NCBI GenBank assembly: GCA_030141605.1
Contig: JAQGDQ010000083.1
Coordinates: 310,001-374,000 of the forward strand
DNA: 64,000 nt
Direction: 5' to 3'
Source of the DNA: Tubiluchus corallicola
Lineage: Eukaryota; Animalia; Priapulida
Part shown: positions 12,971 to 46,600 of the stretch, piece by piece
Position numbering within the stretch: the first letter of the stretch is position 1
How the letters are laid out: every line of letters begins with the position of its first letter
Translations under genes and position numbers: made by a program
Notes under the pieces: model-generated
What the model was told of the DNA's origin: nothing
The model's database searches: none
Seen by the model: the letters and a program-made list of their open reading frames with translations, nothing else

Positions 12971-15320
12971 GAGTGTGCATATCACGTTTAATTTTAAATT
13001 ACAGAGGCAAAAATCACTTGGACTAGTACAGCAGTATTTATTTATTAATTTATAAAACAGGTATATTTAAACTCTTAGTGAATTATTTTTGATGTCTGTT
13101 CGAAACATTAACGCAATTACGTACTTAAGACCTAAGCTAATTGCATGAGAGAAATTTAAAATACATACATAAACCATGTGGTGTACAGTAATATCAAATT
13201 GAAGTATCGTCTTTTTATTCAGATCTAAGGGGTCATGGCTAACACAATTTTCCTTAGTAGGCCTTAGGGAAAATTAGTTTTAGCGCCCCCTCTTCAACGG
13301 TCAACCCCTTCCACGGTCCACACAGCACCCGCAAAATTGAATTTTTCTTGTATAATATTATAGTAAAGTATAATGCTACCTGTGCGTTAGGCTTATGCAT
13401 GTGTGATAGATCTACAGTTTGTGCTGTGTTGACGGAATTTGAACAACGGTCAACCCCTTCCACCCCGGTTCACACAGCATCAGCAAATTTGAATTTTTCT
13501 TGTATGATATTATAATAAAGTATAATGGTACCTGTGTGTTAGACTTATGCATGTGTGATAGTGAACTAATTAAGTGTGGTCAATTACCTATCTACAGCTT
13601 GTATTGTGTTGACTAAATTTGAAACTGACTTTATAACCCTATTACAGGAGCAATCAAATTTCTGTGATTTCAGCTCTTCTTGTTTAGATTTTCCCTCAGC
13701 TATTCGTCAGGAAATCCTTGAAACTTTAACTTCTTTCTTCGTGTACATCCATTTCACTAGCTTCATCTGCTTCATAACTCTGGTTTTGTTGCAAATGCTT
13801 CACTGGCGAATCTTTCTGCTGTTCATTGTCGCCACCCGCCACCCGTCACCCGCTAGCTTTCTTGCTTTTCATTTCCTGTATAATTCCGCTCCTAAACACT
13901 TCGACTCTTGTAAGTTTATTTGGCATAATTAGACAAATGCTATAGAAAGAAGTGTTTATTAACGTAAGGGTCATTACAATAAGCACTTACGTAGCGAGGC
14001 TGCTCGATGCATAGAATAGAAAATGCTTGCAAAATCACGCGCAAGAAATGTCTGAGTGGAATGATGTAATCTTAGAAATACAAATAAAACTAAACTAGAA
14101 AGTGTTTTGCTGTAGGAATTAACTTCCTAGCATCGATGAATTATCCATTTCGACAGAAAGATTATGGTTCGTTTCGTTTGATTAGTGTTGCGCACTTAAA
14201 GAATTACACATACGCTATGTTGTTACTTAAGCTATGTTATTACACATACACAATGTTATTACTTAATCTATGTTATTACACATACACAATGTTATTACTT
14301 AATCTATGTTATTACACATACACAATGTTATTACTTAAGCTATATTATTACACATACACAATGTTATTACTTAAACTATATTATTACACATACACAATGT
14401 TATTACTTAAGCTATGTTATTACACATACGCTATGTTATTACTTAAGCTATATTATTACACATACACAATGTTATTACTTAAGCTATGTTATTACACATA
14501 CGCTATGTTATTACTTAAGCTATATTATTACACATACACAATGTTATTACTTAAGCTATGTTATTACACATACACAATGTTATTACTTAAGCTATATTAT
14601 TACACATACACAATGTTATTACTTAAGCTATGTTATTACACATACACAATGTTATTACTTAAGCTATATTACTACACATACACAATGCTATTACTTAATC
14701 TATGTTACACATACACAATGTTATTACTTAAGCTATGGTATTACACATACACAATTTTATTACTTAAGCTATGTTATTACACATACACAATGTTATTACT
14801 TAAGCTATGTTATTACACATACGCTATGTTATTACTTAAGCTAAACTTCAAAATGAAATAATTACTTCCAGAATTTGACGCCAACCAAAATTTGGTGCCC
14901 TGCGCAACTGCCTGGTTTGCATTAATGGGAGAGACAGCCCTGTTAAGGAGAGTTATCATGGCCGACGTCGGCGGGTTTGTGTGTTTTGGCGGCCGTGTGT
15001 CATTGGTTTAACACAGTTAGCTTAGTGACCACTTGGTCGTGAGTGCCAAGTGTTTATTCTAAATTGAAAATCTGAATAAAAAGACGATAATTAAATTTGA
15101 TATTACTGTATTCCCTATGGTTTATGTATGCAGTGGCATCGTCTAAAAATTTCTCTCTTACAATTAGTTTAGGCCTTAAGTACGTAACTGCGTTAATGTT
15201 TTGAATATAATTGACTAAAGTTTAAATATACCTCTTTTATAAATTAACGAATAAAAACTGCTGTACTAGTCTAAGTGATGTTTGCCTCAATAACCTAAAA
15301 TTAAACGTGACATGCACACT
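12971..15320. mobile_element. Diverged ~250-bp inverted repeat pair enclosing hAT-like remnants and a minisatellite
   Basis: 12971-13225 is the approximate reverse complement of 15070-15320 (e.g. gactagtacagcagt / actgctgtactagtc). Interior has a ~150-bp tandem duplication (13296-13620) and a hAT-like end ...agacagccctg at 14942. Confidence 0.55.
14203..14842. repeat. 36-bp minisatellite, ~18 copies
   Basis: Unit tattacacatacacaatgttattacttaagctatgt repeated head to tail. Confidence 0.95.
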
Positions 15321-16195
15321 AAAAACGTTTTTGTCAGATGGCAAATAAAAAACGTTTTTTAAAGTTGTTCTACAATGCACGTTAACTAGAGAAATGGTAG
15401 GTTATCGTTAATGCTAGGTGAGAATCCACTAACATTTAGGTGTAAAACTTAGTTCACTTCTAAAATACACGTAATCTTAATTTCTTGAAATACACTGAGA
15501 CTACAGTAGCTATAATGCAATGAATATATAATTTCATGAAAACTTTTTTTATAAGTGTGAACACGATCAACAAATTTTCCAAAAATTTACAAACTACAAA
15601 ATTCTGTAAATGAAAATTGGGAGAAATTAATTTACAAAATGTTTAATTCTTACCTGGTATTGGTGGCCTATTCGTCGTGCTGATACGTCACAAGAAATCT
15701 GTATCATACACGTGTAACCTTGCAAAACCCAACACGTTGAATAACTCTCTGATCTTATGGAACTGTTTGAAGCCATACTGTCGGCCAGCATATTCTGAAT
15801 AGGGAAGGGTTGCTTCAAACACAAACGCGCGATTTCATGAAACATCTACAGAATTTGACTGAACTGGCTTTGTGAAAGACAATTCAAAAAGACAGAAGAA
15901 AAAGTCCTGAGGATCCAGACAGAAGACGAAATTTTAATGTTAGGTTTGACCAAGTCATTGTGAGCTTTCGAAAAAATTATTCTGTAACAAGCGGATAGTT
16001 TTGCAGTATTGTAGTCGCATGATCTATTAGTTCATCTCAGCAGTACTTGTGAATTATATCACTCTATTGACTATTCCAGTTAGTGAATTTTGTTAAATTC
16101 AACGGCTCTTGGTTGAAAGATTTTGGACATACACACGCACGCACGTACGCACGCACACACACAGCTCTTGGTTGAAAGATTTTGGACACACGCAT

Positions 16196-16246
<51 letters not shown>

Positions 16247-17039
16247 CATAACACTGGTGATTTTCCCACAAGTGTATTTGAAATGGTCGCCAGTTCTAAA
16301 AGATCGGAACCGCCATTGACAAGGATGATCTCCTCATTGTTAAAACTTCGATTTCTGCATTGGAATGAAGGGCAAAAAGGGGCTATAAGTATCGATGAGT
16401 CCCACGAGATCCACCTCTTGGAGACAGGCCTTTGAGGTTATACAGATATGAGGAATACAGCTTCTGCAGATGACGGAAAACTGTGAGATTTGATTTCCAA
16501 GGAAATCTAAAGTTTTCAAGAATATCCGTTAGCTTGGAATGCTCTACCAATGATAATATTTTTCTGCGTGCTTTGTCAACTTCGCTTTCCAGTCTATACC
16601 AGGTAATAGTGGAACTCTTCAAATGGACTGTGTATGCACAAGTTATCAGTGAAACCTCCTGCTATAAAATTGTTTCCCTTTCAACTTACAAGAATACTTT
16701 TGTTCTGGAAATGTACTCATATTTCCACTCCTATTGTAACTCTTTCCCTGAGTAGCTAATGGCCTTGTTTGAGACAATTTGTATCTAAAAATAAACGAAG
16801 TTAGCCGAACACTACATTTAGTAAACGGAGAGCGAAGAGTTCCCAATTAGTGCCAATAGTGCTAATCATCTTAGAAAGGTTCTTTTAATGCTTTTGCATG
16901 TGCAATATTGATTATAATATCGCTAGTTTGAACAATAAGTTAAAAAGGAAAAAAGCCAATTAAAAGCTACTGTTTTACTGAACAATAAAATTTATTTACA
17001 TATCTCATCACAGACAGTTTACATCAAAAATTAATCTGT

Positions 17040-36398
<19,359 letters not shown>

Positions 36399-37105
36399 CT
36401 TGAAATATTACAGACAAGATAACTACATTTACACAAATTTGTAATTATACAAGGTACGTTGTTACAAGCTGTTAGAGTACAAGCTAGATTGTATGTGTCT
36501 TCAACGTACTTAATGAAAATGTTTGTCTTTAGTGTACGCAAGTTACTCAAGAAGAAGAAGAAGAACAACAACAACAACAAGATAGAGCATGATAATGAGA
36601 AAAGAAGATCATAAAGGAAGGCGTCCCGAGGAATTGGACGGACTGATTCTGTCTTAGCTAGAATACTTTGATAATTTTATTTCATCTCACAATTAATTTT
36701 ATCATTAATTTTGCATTAGTGTATTAGTTTTTAACCAGTTACTAGTAATCTGTGTATTCATCCTCTAGGCATTATTGTATCAACATTTACATCAGCAACA
36801 GATTTGCTGATTTTAAAATTTACAAGAGGTGGACATCACCGAGTTCACAAAATGCTATTATTTTATTTCGCTCACCAGCCGCAGTAAGTTTCACTTAGAA
36901 AGTAAGATTTAAACACCGAGTTTGTTTTCGTTGTCGTTTGACGCCAATAATAGAAGAAAAGGCTGTTTTAAAGTGAATCGCAAAAAACTTCCCACACAAA
37001 GTTACTATTAATTATTACCCACACACAATAATACTTGGCATTATGCTTACCTGTTTAAAACAGTTATGTAATTAAATTCTTAATAATTTAAAATGTTCCC
37101 GCCAC

Positions 37106-37592
37106 CAGGGCCTATTTCAGCTTAAGCGAGGCCCTGGGAAGTGGGGCGTGTGAGGCCCCCTCGGGGGGGGGGGGCGCCACCATGGCTGAAAATATTTGAA
37201 CTGCTAGAAAGTCGGAGAAGCATTTTCGAAGAGAAAATATGGAGTTATACAGTTGTCAAAGGCAAGAACAATTGAAAGAAAAACTGCTTTCTTCTCAAGA
37301 CCAGTCCTTAATATTTGTCAAATAGTCAAATCAAAAACAACAGACAACATCTTTACAATATGTAATACCGTACTCTCACTTCCGGACAAGCTGGTGTTAG
37401 AAATTCCAAAATCGAAAACAGCTGAACATCGGCACTTAGCCTCACAAGGCAAACGGCGCGCGTGCGGCAAGAGAGAGAGAGGAGGCAGTATGCTCGCATA
37501 GAGCAAGAAATGTTACCTCGGCACGAGGCCCCCTGGAGGGTGAGGCCCCGGGGTAATATCCCCACTTACCCCCCCCTCTGAAATAGGGCCTG
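37106..37592. mobile_element. hAT-family MITE (family A, copy 2)
   Basis: Same TIRs and body as 22164-22578; 8-bp TSD CCCGCCAC / CCCGCCGC. Confidence 0.9.
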
Positions 37593-37989
37593 CCCGCCGC
37601 CTGGTAAAACGGCACTCCCTCGCCATCCTTGTGTAGACCACTAACGTACCCAAAACGCATTATTGATGTTAACTGACAAATATAAAGTAATTTAAGCATT
37701 TTCCTAATTAGCGAAGAGAAATGCTCTGATTATTTTTCAAACCTTATGCAATTTTATTTAGACTTGTTACAAATGACTTAACGTCAAAATAACTGCACCT
37801 AATGGTCATTTATATTTTCAATTTTTATCCAGCGTTTCTGTTAACGCAAGTTTTGTGCGCAATAAGATAGTATGTAAGTGATATAAAATTTCAAGATGTA
37901 TATTACCAAGCTCAAGATATATTACTGAGCAAACTCTGTACTTACTTAATTCCTCATAATATCTGAATTTATAATTTGTCAGCAAATGA

Positions 37990-38100
37990 ACGCGTTTATC
38001 TGCTTCTTCATGACAATCAACACTTAAATATAACTGCTAATATTCAAGTATTTAAGCTTGTACAGAAATTTATATTTCTACCAAAGCGCTTCTAACTATT
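37990..38100 (+). mobile_element. CR1-group LINE ORF2 C-terminal remnant
   Basis: Translates to LLLHDNQHLNITANIQVFKLVQKFIFLPKRF*. Confidence 0.45.
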
Positions 38101-38676
38101 GTATTAGTTTGCATTGTTTACAAAGTAATATTAATGTCATCTCAATATTATGCTATGTACGCATCTATACTGCTAGTAGTAACGCTTTAATGCTTCTACT
38201 GCTTGTTTATTGTCTGCACTCTTCAAAGTGTTAGGCTCTATTGGCAAAAACGTTTAACAAATATCAATGTGTTTGTTCAAACCATGTTGTAATTTCTGTT
38301 TTCAATAAAACTGCGTTTCAACTGAATTTTCAAGGCGAATTTTTAAAGTTTTCAGATTTGGTGTAACAAGATTCTCAACCGTACCCGCAAAGCTAAACTG
38401 TTTTACTGTAACCCTCTAGTGATGGTTGGCTTTCACAGAAAGTATATAAGTGGTCATCTTCAAGTTGCGGTTCATTCCTCCAGGAACAAGCACGATCTAG
38501 GCATTATTTGGCAAATAAATATTTTATGTAATCTAATTTGTAAATCGAGTTAGTTTGCATACGTAAGACATCGAAATCCATGCACAAAACCGTATGTGTA
38601 TGTGAAAGGCTAAAACAAATCTAGAAACGAACTTTGAGTAAAAAATTTTCCCTTGCTTAAATGGTGTTTATAATAT

Positions 38677-38840
38677 ATATGTAGCATCTGGATGCAGATG
38701 TGTTTTCATTAAATTAATAGGAGTAGCTGCAGAATAAGAACAACGCATACGCAGGTTTCATAAATTGGTGTGAAAACAGCATAAAACGATTTTATCTATT
38801 GCGCAGCCCCAAAATGCATCGGCATCCGGATACTACATAA
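38677..38840. mobile_element. Short MITE-like element
   Basis: tatgtagcatctggatgcagatg is mirrored by catcggcatccggatactacata. Confidence 0.5.
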
Positions 38841-40681
38841 ACGCCACTTTATTTGGCAATAAATCATTCACGATTGGTCCACATGTAAGTTTTTAAATAA
38901 CAGCTGCACGCAGATCAGAAAGAACTATAATTTTTATTATGATGACGATCGATGTATTTTTGCCATACGGCTTGTGAAATAAGCTTAGATTAAAACTACA
39001 TTAGGACAATAGCTTCTTACCTTCTCCGTTCAATGTAAAGAAGACTAGACAGATATAAGTTTTAGGCATAAACATTTTTAAGTTACAGTGGTTAACTCTT
39101 AGTCTAGTATGTTCCTCGCTATTGTGCCTTATGACTTGGTACTTTTGTGTATAAGTCACATAATGAAGCGAAAGAGAGTTGAAAATTGGTGACAGGTTGC
39201 TACACAATCTCTTGAACGTCAACCCTAAAGAAAGGGTTTCCATAGCGCCGGGCCGGTTAACAATGTGCACTTCCCATTTGAATAGATGCGCAAATTCACG
39301 TCAGTGAATTCAATAGAAAACTTTTCTTGCTAGTGACTTTTGTCAATTGCCAAAGAGCCTACTCATAAATTTTTCAAATCTTCAACATTAGTAATGAATG
39401 GAAGTTCTCTACTTCGCTTTGATTAGACTAGTGACGACTTTTGTCACTGCTGTGAATGCTCAAAGAGAGTAATGCCAGTTGTGCCTGTAATTATTGTACT
39501 TCAACAAATGGTTCCCAAGTTAGAGTTAGAAACGTACCATAGAAGAGTTGCTTTAGGGTCATCGCAGTGTTACTACAGGGTCATTACAGCAAATTTTGAT
39601 AAAAAGAAGAACATCACGTTTGCTGTATTGTCGTCAGCTTTATCAAAAACTCTTTGTAATCCGACATCGTCTTTTCTGCCACATTTTTCGGAATTAGATA
39701 AATCGAGCAGAATATCCAAGTGATTATGATGTATGCTTCACGATTGAAGTTGAGCAATGTCAAGCCTGGTCGGTAACAGCTTGGGTAAACTGTGCTAGGG
39801 TGGTTTCATTTGTCACATTACCACCAACTCACTGGCTGCTTGTTAAGGTAGAGTGAGTAGTATAAGCATTCGAATTTAGCTACCACCTCAGCCTGTTCAC
39901 CATCTCATTTTGTTAGAAAATTGTTTTATTTCAGATTCTATTTCAGTGTTGCACCCCAAACACTTACACTGAAGCTGTACAGAGCCCCACACTATTTGTG
40001 AATGCCAAATATGTTGCTTAAGTTATCAAAGCCCTGTCTGCCTGCTCATGTTGTAGCTTATGGAAAAACCGTTGTAGCCGGAATCGCTATGGAAAAACGC
40101 ATCATACTTAAGATATTCTTAAAGAGTTAGCCTAGAAAAGTATAGCTCAGGGCAACAACAACTATTTTTAAAATAGTACGTCTCATTGTACGTCTCATTT
40201 ATAATACCGTAAGAAAGCCATTAGTAATTAATCTATTCCGGTTTTAACTTTGAAAAAATATCAACTCACTGGGATTAATGTTAAAGCTGAATAATAAAAT
40301 TATTTTCTATGGGTTATTTCAGATAAAACAACTCAATAAAAAACTTTACATTTATGCCACAACCTTTATATTTTTCAAATACAATGCAACAATCAAATAT
40401 GTAAAAACTGATTGTAATACTTTTGTAAATATAACATGAGTCAGTATAAAAACAATATCATCATCAACAATAAGAAACAATATACTATGAAAGGTAGCAT
40501 AAATTAAAGGGCGACAAACAATTTTGCTATTTTCTAGGAAACAGTTTACATCAGTTACAAAACAATTAACAGGTAAGGCAGTTGGTCACATCAGAGTAGC
40601 TAAAGAACAATTGGCATTAAAATCCAATCAATAAGGAAACAACAAAGCAATAGTTACAGGTATGAAGGTGTAAGCAATACA

Positions 40682-43600
40682 TTATATTTTTAGCATGTTT
40701 ATCTCATTAACTATAACGGTTTGTGCAGATTCATCGATGCAGTCGCTTTCGGGTAGCACGCCTTTAGCTTTCATCTTCTGTTGTTCTTCATGTCGTTTCT
40801 TTCTCTCGTGTTTAGCTTGTTCTTTTCTCTGCTTGTTTGATGGCTGCAAAATCAAAATTCATCATGAGTGTAAAATTATACCATTTAATCATATCAACAT
40901 CAGCAACAGGTAACTTGGTCTATTAGATGCATTGTAAACAGAAAAATTATATCACAATCACAACTACAAATATGGTATCATGGGACTAACACTGGTCATT
41001 ATTTTTTGGTTTGATTTTTAAATAAAAGTGGCTAGAACGATGTATTTTAACACTATCTATTGAAATTAAGACAAAAAGCAGATATTTTGGCAGTCCTTGC
41101 TGCCATTTTCAATGTACAATGTGGGAAACTTTTGACAAGTAACTAATACCAACAGTATCAGAATGCAAAAGCTTTTGTTACTCATCAAAATACGTTGAGT
41201 GGGAGACCAACTGATGACTGAATAATATTCATGAATTAATAACGATTCTTTCACTAGCAACTCACATTGATTTCACGTGGCAGTCAGAATGGAAAAGTCA
41301 GATGACGCAGTGGTACTTGCACTGAGCAAGAGAGGTACGATATGAAAGTGACGATAGCGGAACATATAAGTGTATCCAGAAGGACTGACAGAAAATTGTC
41401 ACTACCACCTCAATAAGCCATCTGCAATTATTGCCAAAGTGGTCATGGATGTTCCTCATCTGACTTCACCGTTCTGATAGGCACTTGCAATCAATAATTG
41501 CTTGCTAGTTAAAGAGTCGTTATTGATTCGTAACCCAATGTTGAATATTACTCAGTCATCAGTTGGTCTCCTGCTCTGAGTACTTCGATGAGTAACAAAA
41601 TCTTTTGAATTTGTTTCTGTAACTGAAGGTATCACTTGATTGTCAAAGATTTCTCACTGGCAGCAGGCTCTGCTAAAACAGGGTCTGTTTTAAGTCTAAA
41701 TTTCAACAGGTGATGCTAAAATGTATCTTTCAAGTCATTTTATTTATTCTGGGAATAAAATTCCTAAGAAATGATTCAATATTTTAATTTAGGATTTTAT
41801 GCGGCACAAACCTTGCTGCGTGACAACAACTTTGGGCGGACACTGCTAGCTGCACTAGCCCGGCTCGAGTGAGAACCATAGCCAGAACTGATCCTGCTTG
41901 TTGACTCCATGTCTGCAAATCCATTTTGATTTAAGCAGACATCCTGGCTGCATATCCCGCTGTCGTTTGTCTGGTATGATGCTAATGATGTGACATCAGT
42001 GGCTGCAAATGTGTAAACAGTACCAATTATTTACAGTCCTGATTATGATATAAAAATCAAAACTAATATTACATGACAAATTGTAATTTACATCCTTGAA
42101 GTCAGGACCATCATTTAATCTGGTGCAGTGAAAGTTGTAATCCAGTATTTAATTGCAGGACTTTCACGTCTTGATGTCTGTGGTGACACTGATAACCTTC
42201 TAAGAGCCACTGAACCAATAAAGGTACCTTAGCCACATTCTGAATACATCCTCCTCCTCTCTCTATCATGTAATAAAACAGCCACAACCAGAATGGCAAA
42301 TGAAGCCATCCGGAGCTGGTGTGGAATTAAAGTGATTGTGAACACTTCAAGGTAAGCATTGAAGCTTGACCGTTCAGCTATTTGTCCTGCCTTGACATAG
42401 TAGAAACAAAACTAAAAACCCTGCCTACCAACTAACAAATAATGAACACATCAAACACACAACAAGCAAACAGACAATCATTAGAGACTCAGTAATACTG
42501 TACTATAAAAAACCCTATACGAAACTATTTAGTTTTCTTACCAGTTTCGCTAACTGCTGAAACAGGACTGGATATTATACCCCTATCACTAACTGGAGAT
42601 GTCGGTGAGGAAGGCAAAGACAGTTCTTTCAACTGCAGGACATGCGATATTGTTGCATCGACATCAAATTCCATGTCAACTAAGATACTTTCTATTGTTG
42701 CTTGGTCCTGTGAAAAGATTTAAAGCAAACCTAATGCAGGTAAAAAATTCAGTTACAAGAATCCCTTCATTACGAGAAGGGGGATATCGGCCATTGAAAC
42801 GGTTCACTGGGCAAGACATTTTAAGTGCTTTAGAATCCAACACCGTGGACACATGGTAACCAAACAGCCACCTAAGAATGCTATCAGGAAAAGAAATTGT
42901 CATATTTATATTACAATTTGCTTACTTGATGTACGCAAAAAATAAATTAGTTTACTACGAGCTAAACACTTAACCATTTAATGAAGATTCTTAAGCAGTG
43001 GCAGCTCGTGTATACGTACTCCCTCTATTTTCACTCGATCTTATTGATAACATTCAATATAATAAGTCTTTTTTCTTTAGTTCTTTCTTTATACTTGTAC
43101 GGAACCAGAGCATGTGAGGGTAGTACTGCATGCTTTAAGGCCCAGCACAGTGCGCCCAAGCAACGTGGTGTTTGGCTGTTGTGTGCATGAGGCCATGCGC
43201 ACATGTCTGAGCTCAGGTAGAGAAAGTACTGTCGCTCACACAGTTTGTTGTGAGTTGTCACGTGCTTACCGTGAACGGATTTAGCTTCAATTGCAACAAT
43301 ATAGGCTATTAGTAAGCAAAAATATTTTTTTGTTTAGGATTTGTCAAGTTTATGTATAAACTTTTGTATGTTTGTTTGTTTAAAATTACAACATTAAAAT
43401 TATATTATGTTTGTTTTGTTTTAAACAGTATTAATACAATGGCTAAAAATTTTCTGAAGCAGCACCCTCACTACTTTTAGCTACGAGCCGCCACTGTTCT
43501 TAAGTGACTTAAACAACACTCAAAATAAAAAAATAGGTTGTTGTGTCCCCAATGCAATAGACATACCTCGTAATCTGTTTCTTGCATAACATACTGAGCA

Positions 43601-46600
43601 ATATCAGCAACGCCACGCACTGCCTTCGCTACTCCATTTGCATCAGGATAAATAGTGTGTCCATTTGGCATTTCCCCATCGACTCCATCTATCACAGTTT
43701 GGCTGTTGGTAGCATTTGCACTGATGCTAGGAAGGGATCGACTCTTGGATAGTTTTGTTTCCATTTCTTTCTTATCCGGTCTTCTTTTGTGACGCTCTTT
43801 CTCTTTTGTGCGAGTAGATTCTGCTGCCTAAAATCCAACAGCAAAAAACAAACAATAATGACAGAAATCAAAAACACGAATCAAAGATTAACAGTGAAGA
43901 AGTTCAAAGAATGTAACTAGTAACTTCTGTCAAACAAAAAACAGTTTGTTTTTCTTTACGTGGTAAAACTATGGGTAGGCAATAAAAAAGATTAAAAAAA
44001 CACTACGTATATCAAATATCTAAAAACATTTTAGAAACATAATAAACATTGATATCAGTGTTTTTTTATAAACTTACAAAATGCATAAAATTTTTAATGC
44101 AACAAGGCTATATGCTTTCAAAGGTACATAAAAAGCACAGATAAATGAAAAGAAAACATGACATTTTTAGTACAAATTTTGAAGCGTTTTGACACTTTAT
44201 ATTGATCATGGATTAGAGATGTGGATTAAGTTACTGTTACTTGTCTCTCAACTTTTCAGCATCAACCAAATGAGCAAGTTTTACAAGTCTGCTAACTGGT
44301 TGCAAAGTTATTAGCAAAGGACACAAAGACGAATTTTGGAAAATTTTTGCAAGCATCACTTGGATTTGCAACTTTGGCCAAGAGTAAAAGTACAGTGGTA
44401 ATTTGCAGCATTGTCAGTGATATACAATGCTGTGTTACTGACAAGACTATTGCTCGTAGCTATCAGGCTATAAAAATACTGTAAGCTGCATTGGTATGGA
44501 CTCAGGCTTATCATTACACTGAGCTCAGAAAGTTTTACCAAGTTCTGGTGAAATTGCAAAGTTATTCACAGTTGTTCACTAGTCATAGTAATGTTTAGTT
44601 TGTATATTTTACATTCGATCAGCTCTTATCAAATGGTAAGAGAATTGTCTGTTTTCATTCCAGAGACAGAGAAACTAATTCCTCATAAATTCCTGATTAA
44701 CATCCATTTGTGAAATACTTGAAGTACAATACACATTTGAAATATACATTTGCAAGATTAGCAGCGATGGTTAGTTATTGATCACGGAGTTGGTAACTAA
44801 TTACAGTGCTAAGGAGATGTTCTGATGTCATTAAATTGAGCAACATAGGAACAACATTCAGATACATGGTAATTCCTGAAAAGTGGTCAGTAGCAAAAAA
44901 AGTTAAAAGGCCCAAAACCTCAAAATCCCTGACACATGGGTCTAATGACCCGGTCCAGGGCTTTCTTATGGTTATGCAAAAACAGGCCACTTGGCTTCGT
45001 ACTTAGTGAATGACAAAAACTTTTCACTAAAAAAAATAGAATCGGTTGTAAAAGCAGGAATAGGTAATAAACTAGAAACAAATGATTCTGTGCTTCATCG
45101 CCCTTGACATTAACTTATCTGCACTTATCACTGTTAAAGTTAACCCTTTCACTATGGAAAGCGGCACACTGCGCCTATGTTTTTCATGCAAGGAACGGAA
45201 GGCAGCATAAGCGCAGTCACCCACGTCTGTTTATTTCACTGCTACGGCCATGCAGACCATTGTAGAAAAGTTTAACAGCTATGGAACTGGGGTTGCTTCA
45301 CAACAAGTAATGCCAACCAGCCAATCAGCATCTGAAGCCAGGTGCATTCCACAATACAGCACTGTGTGGTATGTTCCCATGCAAAATCACTTGTAGATCG
45401 TTGACGAAACATATGTTTAGTTGATTCAGCATTCTGATAAATGATTGCATATTATTTTTGGATTATTATTGTCTTTTGTGAAAACTGGTTTCTGAATATA
45501 AGTACATGCTTATTTATGAGGGTGTGTACGTGCATGTGTGCGTGAGTGCATGTAAATGTGCCCGTATGTGCGTGCATGTGTAGAAATAAAACTAATATTT
45601 AATATTAGTACTTAATAGGGAACAACTATTTGTTTATTTACAAGATTCTGTTTTAGTAACACACCACAAGAAGTTATTATCAAATGTACAAAAGTTAATG
45701 TGGCCCAGTTAAAAAGCAACTACATAGTGAAAGGGTTAAGTGTAAGTAGTACTAACCACAAGACGTATATTAGCAGGCATTTCAGTCATATCTCCTAGAC
45801 GTCGTACACTTGAGTAGTGGTCACCGTTGTGATAAGAGATATGAAGTTCTCTAACTGCAGCTTTATCTGAACCGTGAATCTGAATACACAAAATCAAAAT
45901 TAACAAACCAGACTCTGAAAATATCAGCAAAGCTTTACATTACTTAAAATGATACATATGTAGTAATGCCGATTGAATGCCTGGTTCAGTAGACATTATT
46001 GCTAGCATGAGTAACATCGTATATGCCCTTGTGCAAATTAATTGAACCAATGCATAAGAATGAATTAAAATGCACTTTCTCTCTTATAATTCAAAAGACT
46101 TTCATTTTAATCACTGTCATAATTTTCGTTACATAATATGGCCTCGTGATTCTTCATCAGTTTCTCAAATCGTTTCAGCTTTGAAACCACCAAATTTTGG
46201 CAGTTTCCAGAAATCTGAGCATCATGGTACCACATCTGGATGATGGCATCCATCAGCTTCTATCTGGTGGTATAGACGGTCTGTCGCAGGCACAACTTGA
46301 CAGTCAACTACAAGTTCTCAATTGAGTTTAAATCCAAAGAGTTGCTGTGTCAGTAAACTTTAATGTTCTAGTTTTTCAAGATTTCGGCGACTTCCCACAT
46401 GGAACATGAGGGAACCCCCTTTTGCATCCCCTGTATCCTTCTGTTTGACAGAATCCCAATATACTGCTGCGATCGCATCATACCAGTAACAATATGCAAA
46501 TTAGGCCAATTCATGTCAAAAATACTGTTTGGGGGATTTCATAACATGCAAGTCAGATAACAGGAGGGAAAAATGCGATAAAATCTGTCAGTGATCCAGT

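Noticed and set aside
14136-14861. 241-aa repetitive ORF (and the 254-aa ORF at 47910-48674)
   Set aside because: Stop-free frames of minisatellites whose unit length is a multiple of 3; no other coding support.
39001-39270. 89-aa ORF as a firm RhoGEF first exon
   Set aside because: A good phase-compatible donor exists at 39021, but there is no recognisable homology; kept only as a possibility.
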